Source: Spirochaetia bacterium (GTDB taxonomy: Bacteria > Spirochaetota > Spirochaetia > SZUA-6 > Bin103). Taken from it: 64,000 bases of DNA. A program made the translations under genes and the position numbers. The stretch is from assembly GCA_965198005.1 (NCBI GenBank), contig CBDAOI010000004.1, forward strand, positions 800,001 through 864,000. Reading direction: 5' to 3'. Under the pieces are notes generated by a model that saw only the letters and a program-made list of their open reading frames with translations, searched no databases and was not told the origin of the DNA. Shown here in pieces: positions 11,603 through 22,024 of this stretch (positions within the stretch are counted from its first letter, which is position 1; each line of letters opens with the position of its first letter).

Positions 11603-13948
11603 GCATGCCGCTGCGGCCGGCCAGCGCCGCACCCTCGTGATCGAGGCGCTGGCAGCGTCGCTGCACGCGACAAGCCGGCACAACCCGGACGACGTGGAGC
11701 AACCGGCTGCGATCCTGTGGACCGATCCGAGTGCGGCCTGGCAACCGATTGTCCCGCACCTGCAGCGGCTCATGCCGCACCTGCTCATCCTGGGCGACTT
11801 CGCTCCCGAGCAGCGCACCGGGCCGGCGATCTGGCTGCGCTGCATGATCGAGCGAGCCCTGCCGTCTCCCGAGATTCCCGCCGACCTGACCCCGATCATC
11901 TACCTGCCCGCCGTGAGCCGGCAGGTGCTCGGCGCCGCCGACACCTGCCCCGACGACCTGAAACCGCTGGTCGAGCTGCAGTATCGCGGCGTCTGCTGGA
12001 CCCAGAAGAACGGCAGGGACTGGACGGTGGAGGCATTTCTGGTGTCGCGCGACGGCGGCCTGGGACTGGACGTCGCGGCGGATGCGGCTACGCGCCAATC
12101 CATGCTGCGGTCCCTGACGGAGCTGGCACCGACGCCGGTGCACGCGCTCACCGGGCGGCGGCTCGAAGCCGAGGACTTCGACCGGCTGTTTTCCAATGAC
12201 CCGGACCGCGACCTGTTGGTCTGGCTGAACGACACCAGGAGTGTGCGGGCGGGTTGGGAGGCGGCGCGTTGGAGTGCCTTCAGGTCGCGCTGCAGGAAGG
12301 ACCTCGGGTTCGACCCCGACAAGGACGGCGAGCTGGCCGCCGCAGAACGACTCGGCGGACGCGACGGGCCCTGGGGCTCGATCTGGAACCGCTTCGCCGA
12401 GTCTCCGGCGCTATACGGGAGCATTCCGGAGTTGCTGCGCCGCGCACGGCCCGACGAGCTGTTCGTGGAACGTTCCTCATGGCCTCAGGACAACGCTGCG
12501 GAGGAAGCCGCGCTGCGCCGCGCCCTGCTTGAGCTCGATGGCCTCGCGCCTGCCGCCGGGCGTGCGCGGGTCCTTGAGCTTGAGACACAACATGGCGAGC
12601 GGCGCGAGTGGATGTGGGCGAGGCTCGACCAGGCAACGCTGGCCTTCGCCATCGGCCACTTGGCGGTGATCGCGGAGCGTGCCGCGACCGCGCTTGGCGG
12701 GGCCTCCCGGGAGGAGATGGCCCGGTTGTACGCGGACGACGCCTGGAAAGTCGATGCCGCGGCACTGGGCAGTGTAGCGGCGGTGAGAACGGCGGCGGAC
12801 ACGCAAGCGGTAAGCCGGGCCTTGCACGCCATCTACCGTCCCTGGTTGGAGGCCGCGGCCCACCACCTGCAGGCCCTTGAGGCGGCCGGTCTTCCGCCGT
12901 CCGCGACGCCGGCCCGAGGGATCAGCCGCAGGTCGAACCTGGCACGGTGCTGTTGTTCGCCGACGGTCTGCGGTTCGATGTCGGGCAGCGCCTGGTGGAA
13001 CGGCTGCGAGCACAGGGTCGCTCGGTCACGGTGACCACGCGGTGGGCGGCGCTTCCCACCGTCACGGCGACTGCCAAGCCGGCCGTCTCCCCGGTCAGAG
13101 ACGGCATCAAGGGGCTATTGCTGGGCGACGACTTTAGGCCGGTGACGGCAGCCGACGCCCGCCCGCTCACCCCCGACCGGTTCCGGAAGCTCCTCACCGA
13201 TGCCGGCTTCGCGTACCTCGACGCGTCCGACACCGGAGATCCGGGCGGCCGCGCCTGGACCGAGAGCGGGCAGATCGATCGGCTGGGGCACTCCCTGAAG
13301 GGCGGCCTCGCCGCCCGCATCGACGATGAGATCGAGCGGCTCCTGGAACGGGTCGAGTTACTCTGTGCCGCCGGGTGGCGAGAAGTACAAGTCGTAACCG
13401 ATCACGGCTGGTTGTGGCTCCCCGGCGGGCTGCCGAAGGTCGATCTTCCCAAGTACCTCACCACGAGCCGGTGGGCGCGCTGCGCGGCTATCGCCGGCGA
13501 ATCCACGGTAGAGACGCCGGTCATCAGGTGGCACTGGAACGCCCAGGAACGTGCGGCCGTGGCCCCCGGCATCGCGTGCTTCAGTGCGGGTCACGAGTAC
13601 GCTCACGGGGGGTTGAGCCTGCAGGAGTGCCTGATCCCGAACCTGCGCATCACCGGCCGCACCGCGTCGGCCGCCACGGAGACCAACATCTCGGCGGATA
13701 CCTGGGTGGGCTTGCGTTGCCGCGTGCGCGTAGATGGCGCCGGGCCGGGGATGTCTATCGACCTGCGCACCCGCGCCGGCGACCCCGCCAGCAGCGTCAG
13801 CACGCCGCGACCGGTGGCTGGCGACGGATCGGGCAGCCTGCTGGTGGCCGACGACGACTTGGTAGACAGCCCGGTCCTGGTGGTCGTCCTGGACGCCGAC
13901 GGGCAGGTCATCGCCAAGCGATCGACCATCATCGGAGGTGAGCAGTGA
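11595..13948 (+). pseudogene. pglZ: BREX phosphatase PglZ (type B), frameshifted near 12900-12920
   Basis: ILWTDP, RTGPAIWLRC, NGRDWT N-terminal region; second frame carries FADGLRFD, VVTDHGW, YAHGGLSLQEC; directly precedes brxL. Confidence 0.85.
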
Positions 13949-15999
13949 GTCTGCAACTCGACGAGCTGGACCAACGAGCGGCCAAGGCATTCGACGGCTA
14001 CCTGGTACGCAAGGACTTGGTGCGCAAGTACAGCCGCCAATACCCCGTACCTACCTACGTAGTCGAATTCCTGCTCGGACGCTACTGCGCCACTACCGAC
14101 CAGCAGGAGATCGAGGACGGACTGGCAATCGTCGAACGCCAACTGGCCGATCGCACCGTACGCACCGGCGAGGAAGAGCTGTTCAAGGCGCGCGCCCGTG
14201 AGCGCGGCTCCATCAAGCTGATCGACATCGTCAAGGCGCGGCTCGACGCGAGGACGGACTCACTCATCGCGGAGCTGCCCAGCCTCGCGTTGCGGGACGT
14301 CAGGATCGACGACGACCTGGTACAGCAGCACGAGCGTATGCTGACCGACGGGTTCTACGCCGAGGTCACGCTGAGTTACGACGCCAGCATCGCCCAAGAG
14401 AAGAATGGCCGCCCGTTTGCGATAGACAGCCTGCGCGCAATTCAACTCTCCAAAGCCGACGTGCTGGACACCCTGTTGCGTGGCCGGCGAGAACTCAGCG
14501 GCGAGGAGTGGAAAAAAATCCTGCTGCGGAGCGTCGGTTTTGAGCCGGCAGCGCTATCCGAACGTGCCCAGATGGTAGCGCTGATCCGCATGGCACCGTT
14601 CGTGGAGCGCAATTTCAACCTGGTCGAGTTGGGACCGAGAGGGACTGGCAAGAGCCATCTGTTCCAACAGATCTCCCCCTACGCACACCTGATCTCCGGC
14701 GGCAAGGCCACGGTGGCCAAGATGTTCGTCAACAACGCCACCGGCCAGCGGGGCCTCGTCTGCCAGTACGATGTGGTCTGCTTTGACGAGATCTCCAGCA
14801 TCTCGTTCGACCAGAAGGACGGCGTAAACATCCTCAAGGGCTACATGGAATCCGGGGAATTCTCGCGCGGCAAGGAGAGCATCCGCGCCGATGGCGGTAT
14901 CGCCATGGTCGGCAACCTCGATGTGGAAGTCGAGCACCAGCAACGCGTCGGACATCTGTTCAGTCCACTGTCCGCGGACATGCGCGACGACACCGCGTTC
15001 ATGGATCGCATCCACGCCTACGTGCCGGGCTGGGAGTTCCCGAAGCTCAATCCGAACGAGCACTTTACCGACCACTTCGGCTTGGTCAGCGACTTTCTCT
15101 CCGAATGTTGGAGCCGATTGCGCACCAGCACCCGCCTGCAGACGTTGCAGGGACGGGTCAATTACGGCGGCGCCCTGAGCGGCCGCGACATCACGGCGGT
15201 GAACAAGACGGTGAGTGGCCTGCTCAAGCTGCTTTACCCGGACCCCGCGATGGAGGTCCCCGACGACGAGCTGGAGGAGCTGGTGCGGGTTGCCCTCGAA
15301 GTGCGCCGCCGAGTCAAGGAACAGCAGAAACGGGTATTCAAGAGCGAATTCCGCAACACCCACTTCAGCTTCGCGATGGGCGAGGACGGCATCGAAAAGT
15401 TCGTCGCCACGCCGGAGTTGCGCAGCGACGACGCCATCGATCCCGATCCGTTGCCGCCCGGGCAGGTGTGGGGAATCGGCCCCGGCAGCCTGGAGACCGG
15501 TCCCTCCCTGTACCGCATCGAGGCAACCGCGAGCCCGGGTAGCGGCGTCAAGATACTGAACGCGCCGGTGCCGCCCCCATTCCGCGAGAGCACCCGGTAC
15601 GCTGAACAGAACCTGTACACCCGAGCGCGCCAGTTGGTTGGCGACCGCGATCCTCGCGCGCAGGAATTCTCGGTCCAACTGCGTGCCATGGACAACGAGC
15701 GTTCGGGGGAAGCGCTGGGTCTCCCGGTCCTCCTGGCGCTGTGCGGCGCCCTGCTCGAGAAGAGCCTGAAGGGGGGTCTGATCGTGGTCGGCGCCCTGAA
15801 CCTGGGCGGGTCCGTGGAGCAATTGGCAAATGCCGTCGGCATCGTGGAGGCCGCCGTCGAAAAGGGCGCCGATACCGTGCTGCTCCCTGTTTCAGCGCGG
15901 AGACAACTCTTTGAGCTGTCAGACGACATGGCCACCCGAGTCAACGTGCAGTTCTACTCGGATAGCGCGGATGCGCTGCTGAAGGCGCTGCTGGAGTAG
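13945..15999 (+). CDS. brxL: BREX Lon-like protease/ATPase BrxL
   Basis: VPTYVVEFLLGRYC, ELGPRGTGKSH Walker A, VVCFDE Walker B, LKGYMESGEFSRG, C-terminal Lon-like domain. Confidence 0.93.
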   Translation: MSLQLDELDQRAAKAFDGYLVRKDLVRKYSRQYPVPTYVVEFLLGRYCATTDQQEIEDGLAIVERQLADRTVRTGEEELFKARARERGSIKLIDIVKARLDARTDSLIAELPSLALRDVRIDDDLVQQHERMLTDGFYAEVTLSYDASIAQEKNGRPFAIDSLRAIQLSKADVLDTLLRGRRELSGEEWKKILLRSVGFEPAALSERAQMVALIRMAPFVERNFNLVELGPRGTGKSHLFQQISPYAHLISGGKATVAKMFVNNATGQRGLVCQYDVVCFDEISSISFDQKDGVNILKGYMESGEFSRGKESIRADGGIAMVGNLDVEVEHQQRVGHLFSPLSADMRDDTAFMDRIHAYVPGWEFPKLNPNEHFTDHFGLVSDFLSECWSRLRTSTRLQTLQGRVNYGGALSGRDITAVNKTVSGLLKLLYPDPAMEVPDDELEELVRVALEVRRRVKEQQKRVFKSEFRNTHFSFAMGEDGIEKFVATPELRSDDAIDPDPLPPGQVWGIGPGSLETGPSLYRIEATASPGSGVKILNAPVPPPFRESTRYAEQNLYTRARQLVGDRDPRAQEFSVQLRAMDNERSGEALGLPVLLALCGALLEKSLKGGLIVVGALNLGGSVEQLANAVGIVEAAVEKGADTVLLPVSARRQLFELSDDMATRVNVQFYSDSADALLKALLE

Positions 16000-16050
16000 C
16001 CGACCCTTCAACGTTCGCTCGTTCGGCACGGCAATGGGCGCTATCGCCAA

Positions 16051-16902
16051 TCAGACCGGTTGCCTCTCACGTTCCGCGCGTGCGATCCGGCCGAGAATAC
16101 CCTTCACCGTTACGTCAAGCTGGGACTTCTCTCGATAGTCCGCAGGCGCCACAAAATCCACGCGGCCGTCTGAAATGAGTCCGTGAATCTTACTCAGATC
16201 CTTGTCGCTTCGGCACGGATCGTACACTGCAATCGGATAGCCATGATTGTGGGTCATCATCTTCATCGTCGGGATGTCCGTCTCTCCGTCGCCAATGAAT
16301 ATCATTCGACGGAACGGTATGGGCCGTTCGTTTTCAGGTGTATACGAATTGATCGCCTCCTGGTTCCAATGGTTATCGATTCCCTTATTGATACGAAAGA
16401 GATATTGGGTCTTGGTCGTGTAGTTGATAGCAACCCCCGGCCAGATGGCATTTCCGTCTTTGTAGATGAATTTCGAAGCAAACACATGGCTAAACTGCCC
16501 TCGTATTGGACAACCATCGATCATTTCTTGAATACAAGATGAGATGATGTAGTGCTCAAGCAGGAGATCGTCATCCCGCGCATACTCATTGATCCGCTGA
16601 AACCATGACTTGTCTTCAAGTCCTGGGAACAGCTCGGCCTTCTTGCCGTGGTTGCGGAGTGTCTTGTCCGACACCATGATGCCCTTCTCACGCGCCTTCT
16701 CGATCATTACCTGCATGTAGACGAGAATCTCATCCGCATCGTTCTTCTTTGCGCGCGTTTTCACCTCGGCCCAGAATTCGTCACCCAACATTCCTACTTC
16801 TGGTATGAAACTCCGTTCCTGAAGGTTGCCTCGCGCCAGCGTTCCATCGAAGTCGTATATGAGGGCCGTTCGTTTCAATTCGTTATGCATGAGCGTCATC
16901 AC
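16051..16902 (-). CDS. HAD-family hydrolase (low GC)
   Basis: IYDFDGTL motif I, FIGDGETDIP motif IV. Confidence 0.85.
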   Translation of the reverse strand: MMTLMHNELKRTALIYDFDGTLARGNLQERSFIPEVGMLGDEFWAEVKTRAKKNDADEILVYMQVMIEKAREKGIMVSDKTLRNHGKKAELFPGLEDKSWFQRINEYARDDDLLLEHYIISSCIQEMIDGCPIRGQFSHVFASKFIYKDGNAIWPGVAINYTTKTQYLFRINKGIDNHWNQEAINSYTPENERPIPFRRMIFIGDGETDIPTMKMMTHNHGYPIAVYDPCRSDKDLSKIHGLISDGRVDFVAPADYREKSQLDVTVKGILGRIARAERERQPV

Positions 16903-16984
16903 AACTTAAGCACAGTTATTGCGACGGTCAACTTCGAGGGACCGCGAGCGGCGAACAGAAAAAGCTCGGTACGTTGCCGCCGGT

Positions 16985-17203
16985 GTCCATCCCACCGGGG
17001 TCGCGGACGACGGCGTCGTAGCGCAGCACCGCTCCATCGCCAAGCTCAAGCAGATTCAGCATCCACGTCTTCAGATTCCAGGCCAGGGCTGCGATCAGAA
17101 AGTAAGCTTGGTTCGCGGCCAGGGAGCCGGTGGGGATATGGGACAGTCCCAACCCATGCTTGAAGTCCTTAATGAGATTCTCTTGGTTGCCCCGACCCTG
17201 CGC
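16985..17203 (-). mobile_element. IS1380-family transposase 3' fragment
   Basis: RGNQENLIKDFKHGLGLSHIPTGSLAANQAYFLIAALAWNL. Confidence 0.75.
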
Positions 17204-17245
17204 GATCGGCGTCCGCTTGATCACCAACCGGTACGGCTTGCTCCA

Positions 17246-18207
17246 GGTGCGCGACTACCTCCCCGTGCAGCGCGGCTATAGCCCCCATACCTGTGAGAGC
17301 TACGCCTATGCCTTCCGGCTGTTGTTCATCTTCGCTGCCGATCGCCTCGGCATCAGACCATCGCAGCTGTACCTCAAACACCTCGACGCCCCGCTCATCC
17401 TGGCTTTCCTCACCCACTTCGAGGTGGATCGTGGTGGCAGCCCGGCCAGCCGCAACATCCGACTGGCAGCAGTGAAAGCCTTCATGCGCTATGTCGAGTT
17501 CCGCCACCCGGCTGCGCTCGACCAAGCCAGACAGATCCTTGCCATCCCGACCAAACGCCATGATCAGCCGCTCGTCCGCCACCTGACCATGGACGAGATC
17601 AGCGCGCTCCTGGACGCTCCCGATACCACCACCCGGTTCGGCATCCGCGACCGCGCCATGCTCCATCTCTGCTTCGCTGCTGCTCTGCGCGTGTCCGAAC
17701 TGGTGACGGCGCAGGTGGCAGATCTGTCGCTGCGCGGAACTGCGAGTCTCCGAGTGCTTGGCAAGGGCCGCCGTGAGCGCTGTCTCCCGCTGTGGAAACA
17801 AACCGCCGCCGACCTCCGTGCCTGGCTCGCCGTCCGCGGCGAGAATCCAGTGCCGGAGCTGTTCCTGAACGCCACCGACAGGCCCATGAGCCGCGCCGGA
17901 TTCGAGTACGTCCTGGACAAGCACGTGCGGGCAGCCGCGACGGCATGTCCCCTCGCTGGCGGGACGCCCGATCTCGCCCCACCAGTTACGCCATAGCTGC
18001 GCTCTCACCGTGCTTCAGGCTACCGGCGATATCCGCAAGGTCGCCCTATGGCTGGGACACGCCGATGTGCGCACCACCGAAGTCTATCTGCGCGTGGACC
18101 CCACCGAAAAGCTGGAGGCCGTCGAAGCTGTACTGCCGCCGGAACTGCGGCGCGGGCGATTCAAGGCGCCCGACGCGCTGATCGCCTCGCTTCTGGCCCC
18201 GGGATAA
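17246..18207 (+). pseudogene. Tyrosine recombinase of RIT type (RitC-like), 5'-truncated and frameshifted near 17950
   Basis: DYLPVQRGYSPHTCESYA, RNIRLAA, LRVSEL, GKGRRER; second frame has LRHSCA and WLGHADVRTTEVY. Confidence 0.8.
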
Positions 18208-18260
18208 TGCACAGCGATCTGGGCCTCAAGAGCCATTCCTAAAGGAATTAGGTCATGTGA

Positions 18261-18287
18261 CTCCGCATTACCCCGGGCTCCGCATTA
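18261..18287. repeat. Putative RIT element right-end repeat
   Basis: ctccgcatta-ccccggg-ctccgcatta tandem motif downstream of the integrase; inverted taatgc overlaps the integrase stop. Confidence 0.6.
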
Positions 18288-18323
18288 AACCAAGTTAGAA
18301 AGTCGCGTCGCCCCGCCGTCCGC

Positions 18324-18659
18324 CTAGTGCACGACGTGATGCGCGTCGCAGTGGCGGAGCTGACAGCCGGGGAACTGACACTGATGGTGGTCTCTGACCT
18401 CCAGCGCGCGGCGTAACGGGGTCGGCACCGTGCGCGTTCTGCGCCCGACCTCCAGGACTGCGCCGTCGGGAGCGTGGGTCACCAGCACGCGGCCGGCGTC
18501 GCAGGCGATGCGGCGGGCTGCGGTCGCAGCGAGGTGAATGCCATTCGCCTGTTCGATGACCGCCGCGTCGGCGGCGCGGGTGGAGTCGGCCGCCGGCGCC
18601 GGGGGCCGGGCCGGTGGCGGCGCCGTGCGGGATGCTGATTGTTCCATGGCGGTTTCCAT
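18324..18659 (-). pseudogene. DUF222/HNH endonuclease remnant
   Basis: ARRIACDA...VGRRTRTVPTPLRRALEVRDHHQCQFPGC...CDAHHVVH; most of the gene is missing. Confidence 0.8.
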
Positions 18660-19030
18660 GGCTGTATGGTACACCCGGTTTTGGACGGGGCCGTAGGCGG
18701 CCGTGGCGAGCTTGGTTCGGCGATTTTGGAGTTTCGTGGCCAGATTGGGGTTGGCGGCCGCTCCAGCGCAGGCTAGGGCCCGTGTGCGGGAGATGGTGGC
18801 GTGGGTTGGCGCGGGGCCGAGGCGGGCTGTGAAAACCGTGTCAAGCTCCAAACGCCGCTCAACAGCGATTTTTCGATTTTTTTGGAGAGAGCCCCGCGCG
18901 GTCGCACGCGCTCGCACCGCCCTGCGTGACACTTTGTCACCCCTGCGCTGCAATCGTCCTCCAAACCAGATCTTGCCCCTCTGATTCACTCAATACGAGA
19001 CCTACACCCAAACAATTGGAGGAGTCACTT

Positions 19031-20192
19031 ATGACATTCAGAAAGTATCTCGCACTACTGTGCGTTCTCGTCCTCACCGCAACCGCGCTCTGGGCGAGCC
19101 CGGCCGGCGAAGACGAGTCCGATGCCGCCATGGAAATGGAGAAAGAGATGGTGACGGACCCGTCCACCGGCGAGATGGTGACGGCCCCGCGGTATGGCGG
19201 GACCTTGACCTTCGTCAAGACCGGCACCTCGGCGAGTGCCGATATCGTGGTCCCAGGCGGGTGGGCGGAAGCCCTGATCGATCCCGTGCTTGAGAAGCTG
19301 GGTATTGCGGACTCGACGGCGCCACGGGACCAATTCGACTTCGTGTTTCTGTTCCCGCCAGACCACACGAGAGGGGCACTGGCGGAAAGCTGGTCGCAGC
19401 CCGACCCAACGACGGTGGTCGTCAATGTGCGCCAGGGCGTTCGGCGGCATGACAAGCCACCGATGAACGGTCGGGCGCTGACGGCCCAGGACATCGAGTA
19501 CAACTATCACCGTCTGTTGGGACTCGGCAGTGGATTCACCGAGCGAACGATCATGCCTTGGGAACTGCTCGCGGAGGCGAACATAGAATCGGTAACGGCA
19601 ACCGATGAATCGACCGTGGTGTTCAAACTGGAAAGGCTGACCCTCACTATTCTGCCGGCTGTCCTGAACAGTTTCGCCGGCTGGATGTACCCGCCGGACG
19701 TCATCGAGGAACACGGAGACGCGGCCGATTGGAAGAACCTCGTCGGCACCGGACCCATGATGTTGACCGACCGCGTCGAGGGCAGCTCTGTCACCTGGGA
19801 GAAGAATCCCGACTACTGGGGTCATGACGAGAAATACCCGCAGAACCGGTTGCCTTACATTGACCAGTTGCGGGCCCTGATCATGATCGAACCCGCGACC
19901 CGTTTGGCGGCACCGCGCCGGACTTCACAGGCGGTCATCCAGTTTGAAGATTGGCCGGAAGAGGTCAGGAAGGTCTTTACGTACGACCCTGAAGGAGCCA
20001 AAGAGCTGTTGGCCGAAGCGGGCTATCCCGATGGCTTCAAGACCACGATGATCCATCTTGAGCGCTACGATCTGAACTACATACAATTACTCGCGTCATA
20101 CTGGAAAAAGATTGGCGTCGAGGTCGAAATAGATGTCCATTCGCCGCCTTCCCACGCGGCCAAACGAAGTGCGCGAGATTTCGTCATGACGA
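19031..20192 (+). pseudogene. Family-5 ABC substrate-binding protein, internally deleted and 3'-truncated
   Basis: Paralog of 22025-23824; about 90 codons missing at ~19915; runs into a permease fragment. Confidence 0.85.
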
Positions 20193-20400
20193 ATGCTGGC
20201 GGTGTTCATCATTCCCAGCCTGATTCTGGGAACGGCCTCGGCCGCCGCCACCATGCGGATGACGCGCACCATGATGCTGGAGGTGCTGAGGCAGGATTAC
20301 ATCCGCACCGCCTGGTCCAAGGGGCTGAAGGAGCGGGCGGTGGTGGTCCGGCACGCCGTCAAGAATGCCCTGATCCCGGTGGTGACCCTGATCGGCCTGC
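20193..20400 (+). pseudogene. OppB/DppB permease internal fragment
   Basis: [28 protein letters not shown]-loop region. Confidence 0.8.
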
Positions 20401-20478
20401 GTGCCGTGCGGCCGGCGTGACGCTACCCTCCCGATCGGTGTAGGCTGTGATCATCAGGAGTGATGAGGCGATGACGGC

Positions 20479-20862
20479 ATGAGCGGCGACACCATTGCGG
20501 TGCTGGGCGTCGGGGTGACGCTGTTGGCCGCGATTCTGACGTTCGGCTTCGCGTTGCTGGGCGCGCACCGAGCCACGCAGGCGAACCTGAACGGCCGCAT
20601 GGATCGCATGGAAGGCCATGTGGATCGGCGCATGGATCGCATGGATCAGCGCATGGATCGCATGGATCAGCGCATGGGCCGCATGGAAGCGACCTTGAAT
20701 GATTTGAGGCGAGACGTGACGGATATCGACCGCCGCCTGTCGCGCATCGAAGGAGCGGTGTTGGGGCCGTGGCGCCCGGAGCCGCCCACGGAGCCGCCGC
20801 CGGAACGGGAAGCGCGCCAGGAGCCCGTGCCGGCGTCCGGCGCCGGCAGCCCCCGGCAATAG
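20479..20862 (+). CDS. Small membrane-anchored coiled-coil protein with MDRMDQR heptad repeats
   Basis: GAGG RBS, N-terminal TM helix, 21-bp tandem repeats at ~20597-20690, Pro-rich tail. Confidence 0.75.
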   Translation: MSGDTIAVLGVGVTLLAAILTFGFALLGAHRATQANLNGRMDRMEGHVDRRMDRMDQRMDRMDQRMGRMEATLNDLRRDVTDIDRRLSRIEGAVLGPWRPEPPTEPPPEREARQEPVPASGAGSPRQ

Positions 20863-21262
20863 ACACAAGGACGCAAGGGAGCACGCATGTCAGCCAACGA
20901 CACGACGCCACGAGACGCCACGTTCGTCGATGTGGCTGGTTGACCCGCGTCGCGGGTCCGTGATACGGTCGAAGTCTCTCGCGGATCGCGTCCTCAGGGA
21001 GCCCCCTGAGACCATCCTTGAGCGCTGTAAATACGTGTTTCATGTGCGTCGCGACGGTCGCCCTCTCGGCGCGAACCTCATAGCTCGTGAGCATAAATGC
21101 TCGGGCGGCCGGTGGGAAGGGCAGATTGTTTCAACGCACAGCCCAGATTACCTGGGAGGGTCAGGAACGCGCACCGGCAGCCCGAGGCCCCGTACGCTGC
21201 TTGCGTTCCCCGATACGCGCCGGGAACACCTCCGGCCGGTGTTTCGAGCCGAACCCCACTGA

Positions 21263-21351
21263 GCAACCTGACCGGCGACGCGGTGCGGGACCTGCTGGAC
21301 CCGAGGCTCAGGGGCGGTGGCGGGCGCCTCGGCGCCGGCGGCGCGGGCTGA
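21263..21351 (+). pseudogene. OppC/DppC permease 3' fragment
   Basis: NLTGDAVRDLLDPRLRG. Confidence 0.75.
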
Positions 21352-21460
21352 TCGCGCTGATCGCACCTTTCGCACCTTTCGCACCTTGACGGGTGTCGAG
21401 CGTTGTGGTACAGTAACGCGACGACGTGAGACTCGGACGGATGCCGAGTGGCCCGAGCGG

Positions 21461-21603
21461 TTGACGGTCTGCTGCCCGAGTGCAAGAATGCAGCGTTCGG
21501 GGATATTGAGGGATGAGTATGAGGCACCACGACGACAGCCAGCGCAGTGACCGGTTGGCGGTGACGCAGCCGGTGGGCCCCCCGTGGGTCCCCCCCCCCC
21601 CCC
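21461..21603 (+). promoter_or_regulatory. Promoter/short-ORF/poly-C module copy 1 (C14 at 21590-21603)
   Basis: TTGACG-17-AAGAAT with extended TG; ATG 21513; homologous to 26186-26330 and 30370-30739. Confidence 0.6.
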
Positions 21604-21806
21604 GGCCCCTAACCTTTGAAACCGAGAAACAACTAACCGCTCCGGCTGATCGCTCCGTACGCGACCCCGCGCACGCCGTTGCCTTCACCACCGCCGTGGC
21701 TATCGGTGGCACACCACCCCGCATCGCGTTGGCACGCAGGTGCGGACGCCCGTCGAGCGGTCGGTGTTGGCCTGATGGGACGCACCCAGATCAGACCCTA
21801 TTCTCT

Positions 21807-21975
21807 GTCAATTGCCGAAACCTACAGAAAATGGAGGTGCAAATGATACTCAAAGAACCGCACGCGCGCGCGGCGTGAGCCCGGGTGAACCCGGTGAGTC
21901 ACACGCCGCGCGCTTCAGGAAGTTGACTCTATCTGGCTGGTCGCCTGCGTTGCGGGCGCGAGAGTAGCCACGGAG
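21807..21975 (+). promoter_or_regulatory. Conserved structured leader with uORF MILKEPHARAA (21843-21878)
   Basis: Near-identical to 31015-31182; GGAGG RBS; 12-bp stem 21866-21877/21902-21913 enclosing ccggg-TGAA-cccgg. Confidence 0.7.
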
Positions 21976-22024
21976 CGACAAGTCGCTCCCCAATACTTTC
22001 AACATTCCATCGAAGGAAGAAACG

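Noticed and set aside
7845-18287. Integron cassette array explaining the TA/fragment mosaic
   Set aside because: No attC-like repeated sites or IntI-type integrase; fragments are cut mid-gene
18926-18940. gtgaca-ctt-tgtcac palindrome before the SBP pseudogene
   Set aside because: Only 6-bp arms and not repeated before the other SBP genes; could be chance
20597-20690. 21-bp repeats as a CRISPR array
   Set aside because: In-frame coding repeats without unique spacers
21349-21387. 9-bp tandem repeats (tgatcgcgc/ctttcgcac) as a CRISPR or iteron array
   Set aside because: Too short, no spacers, no cas or rep gene
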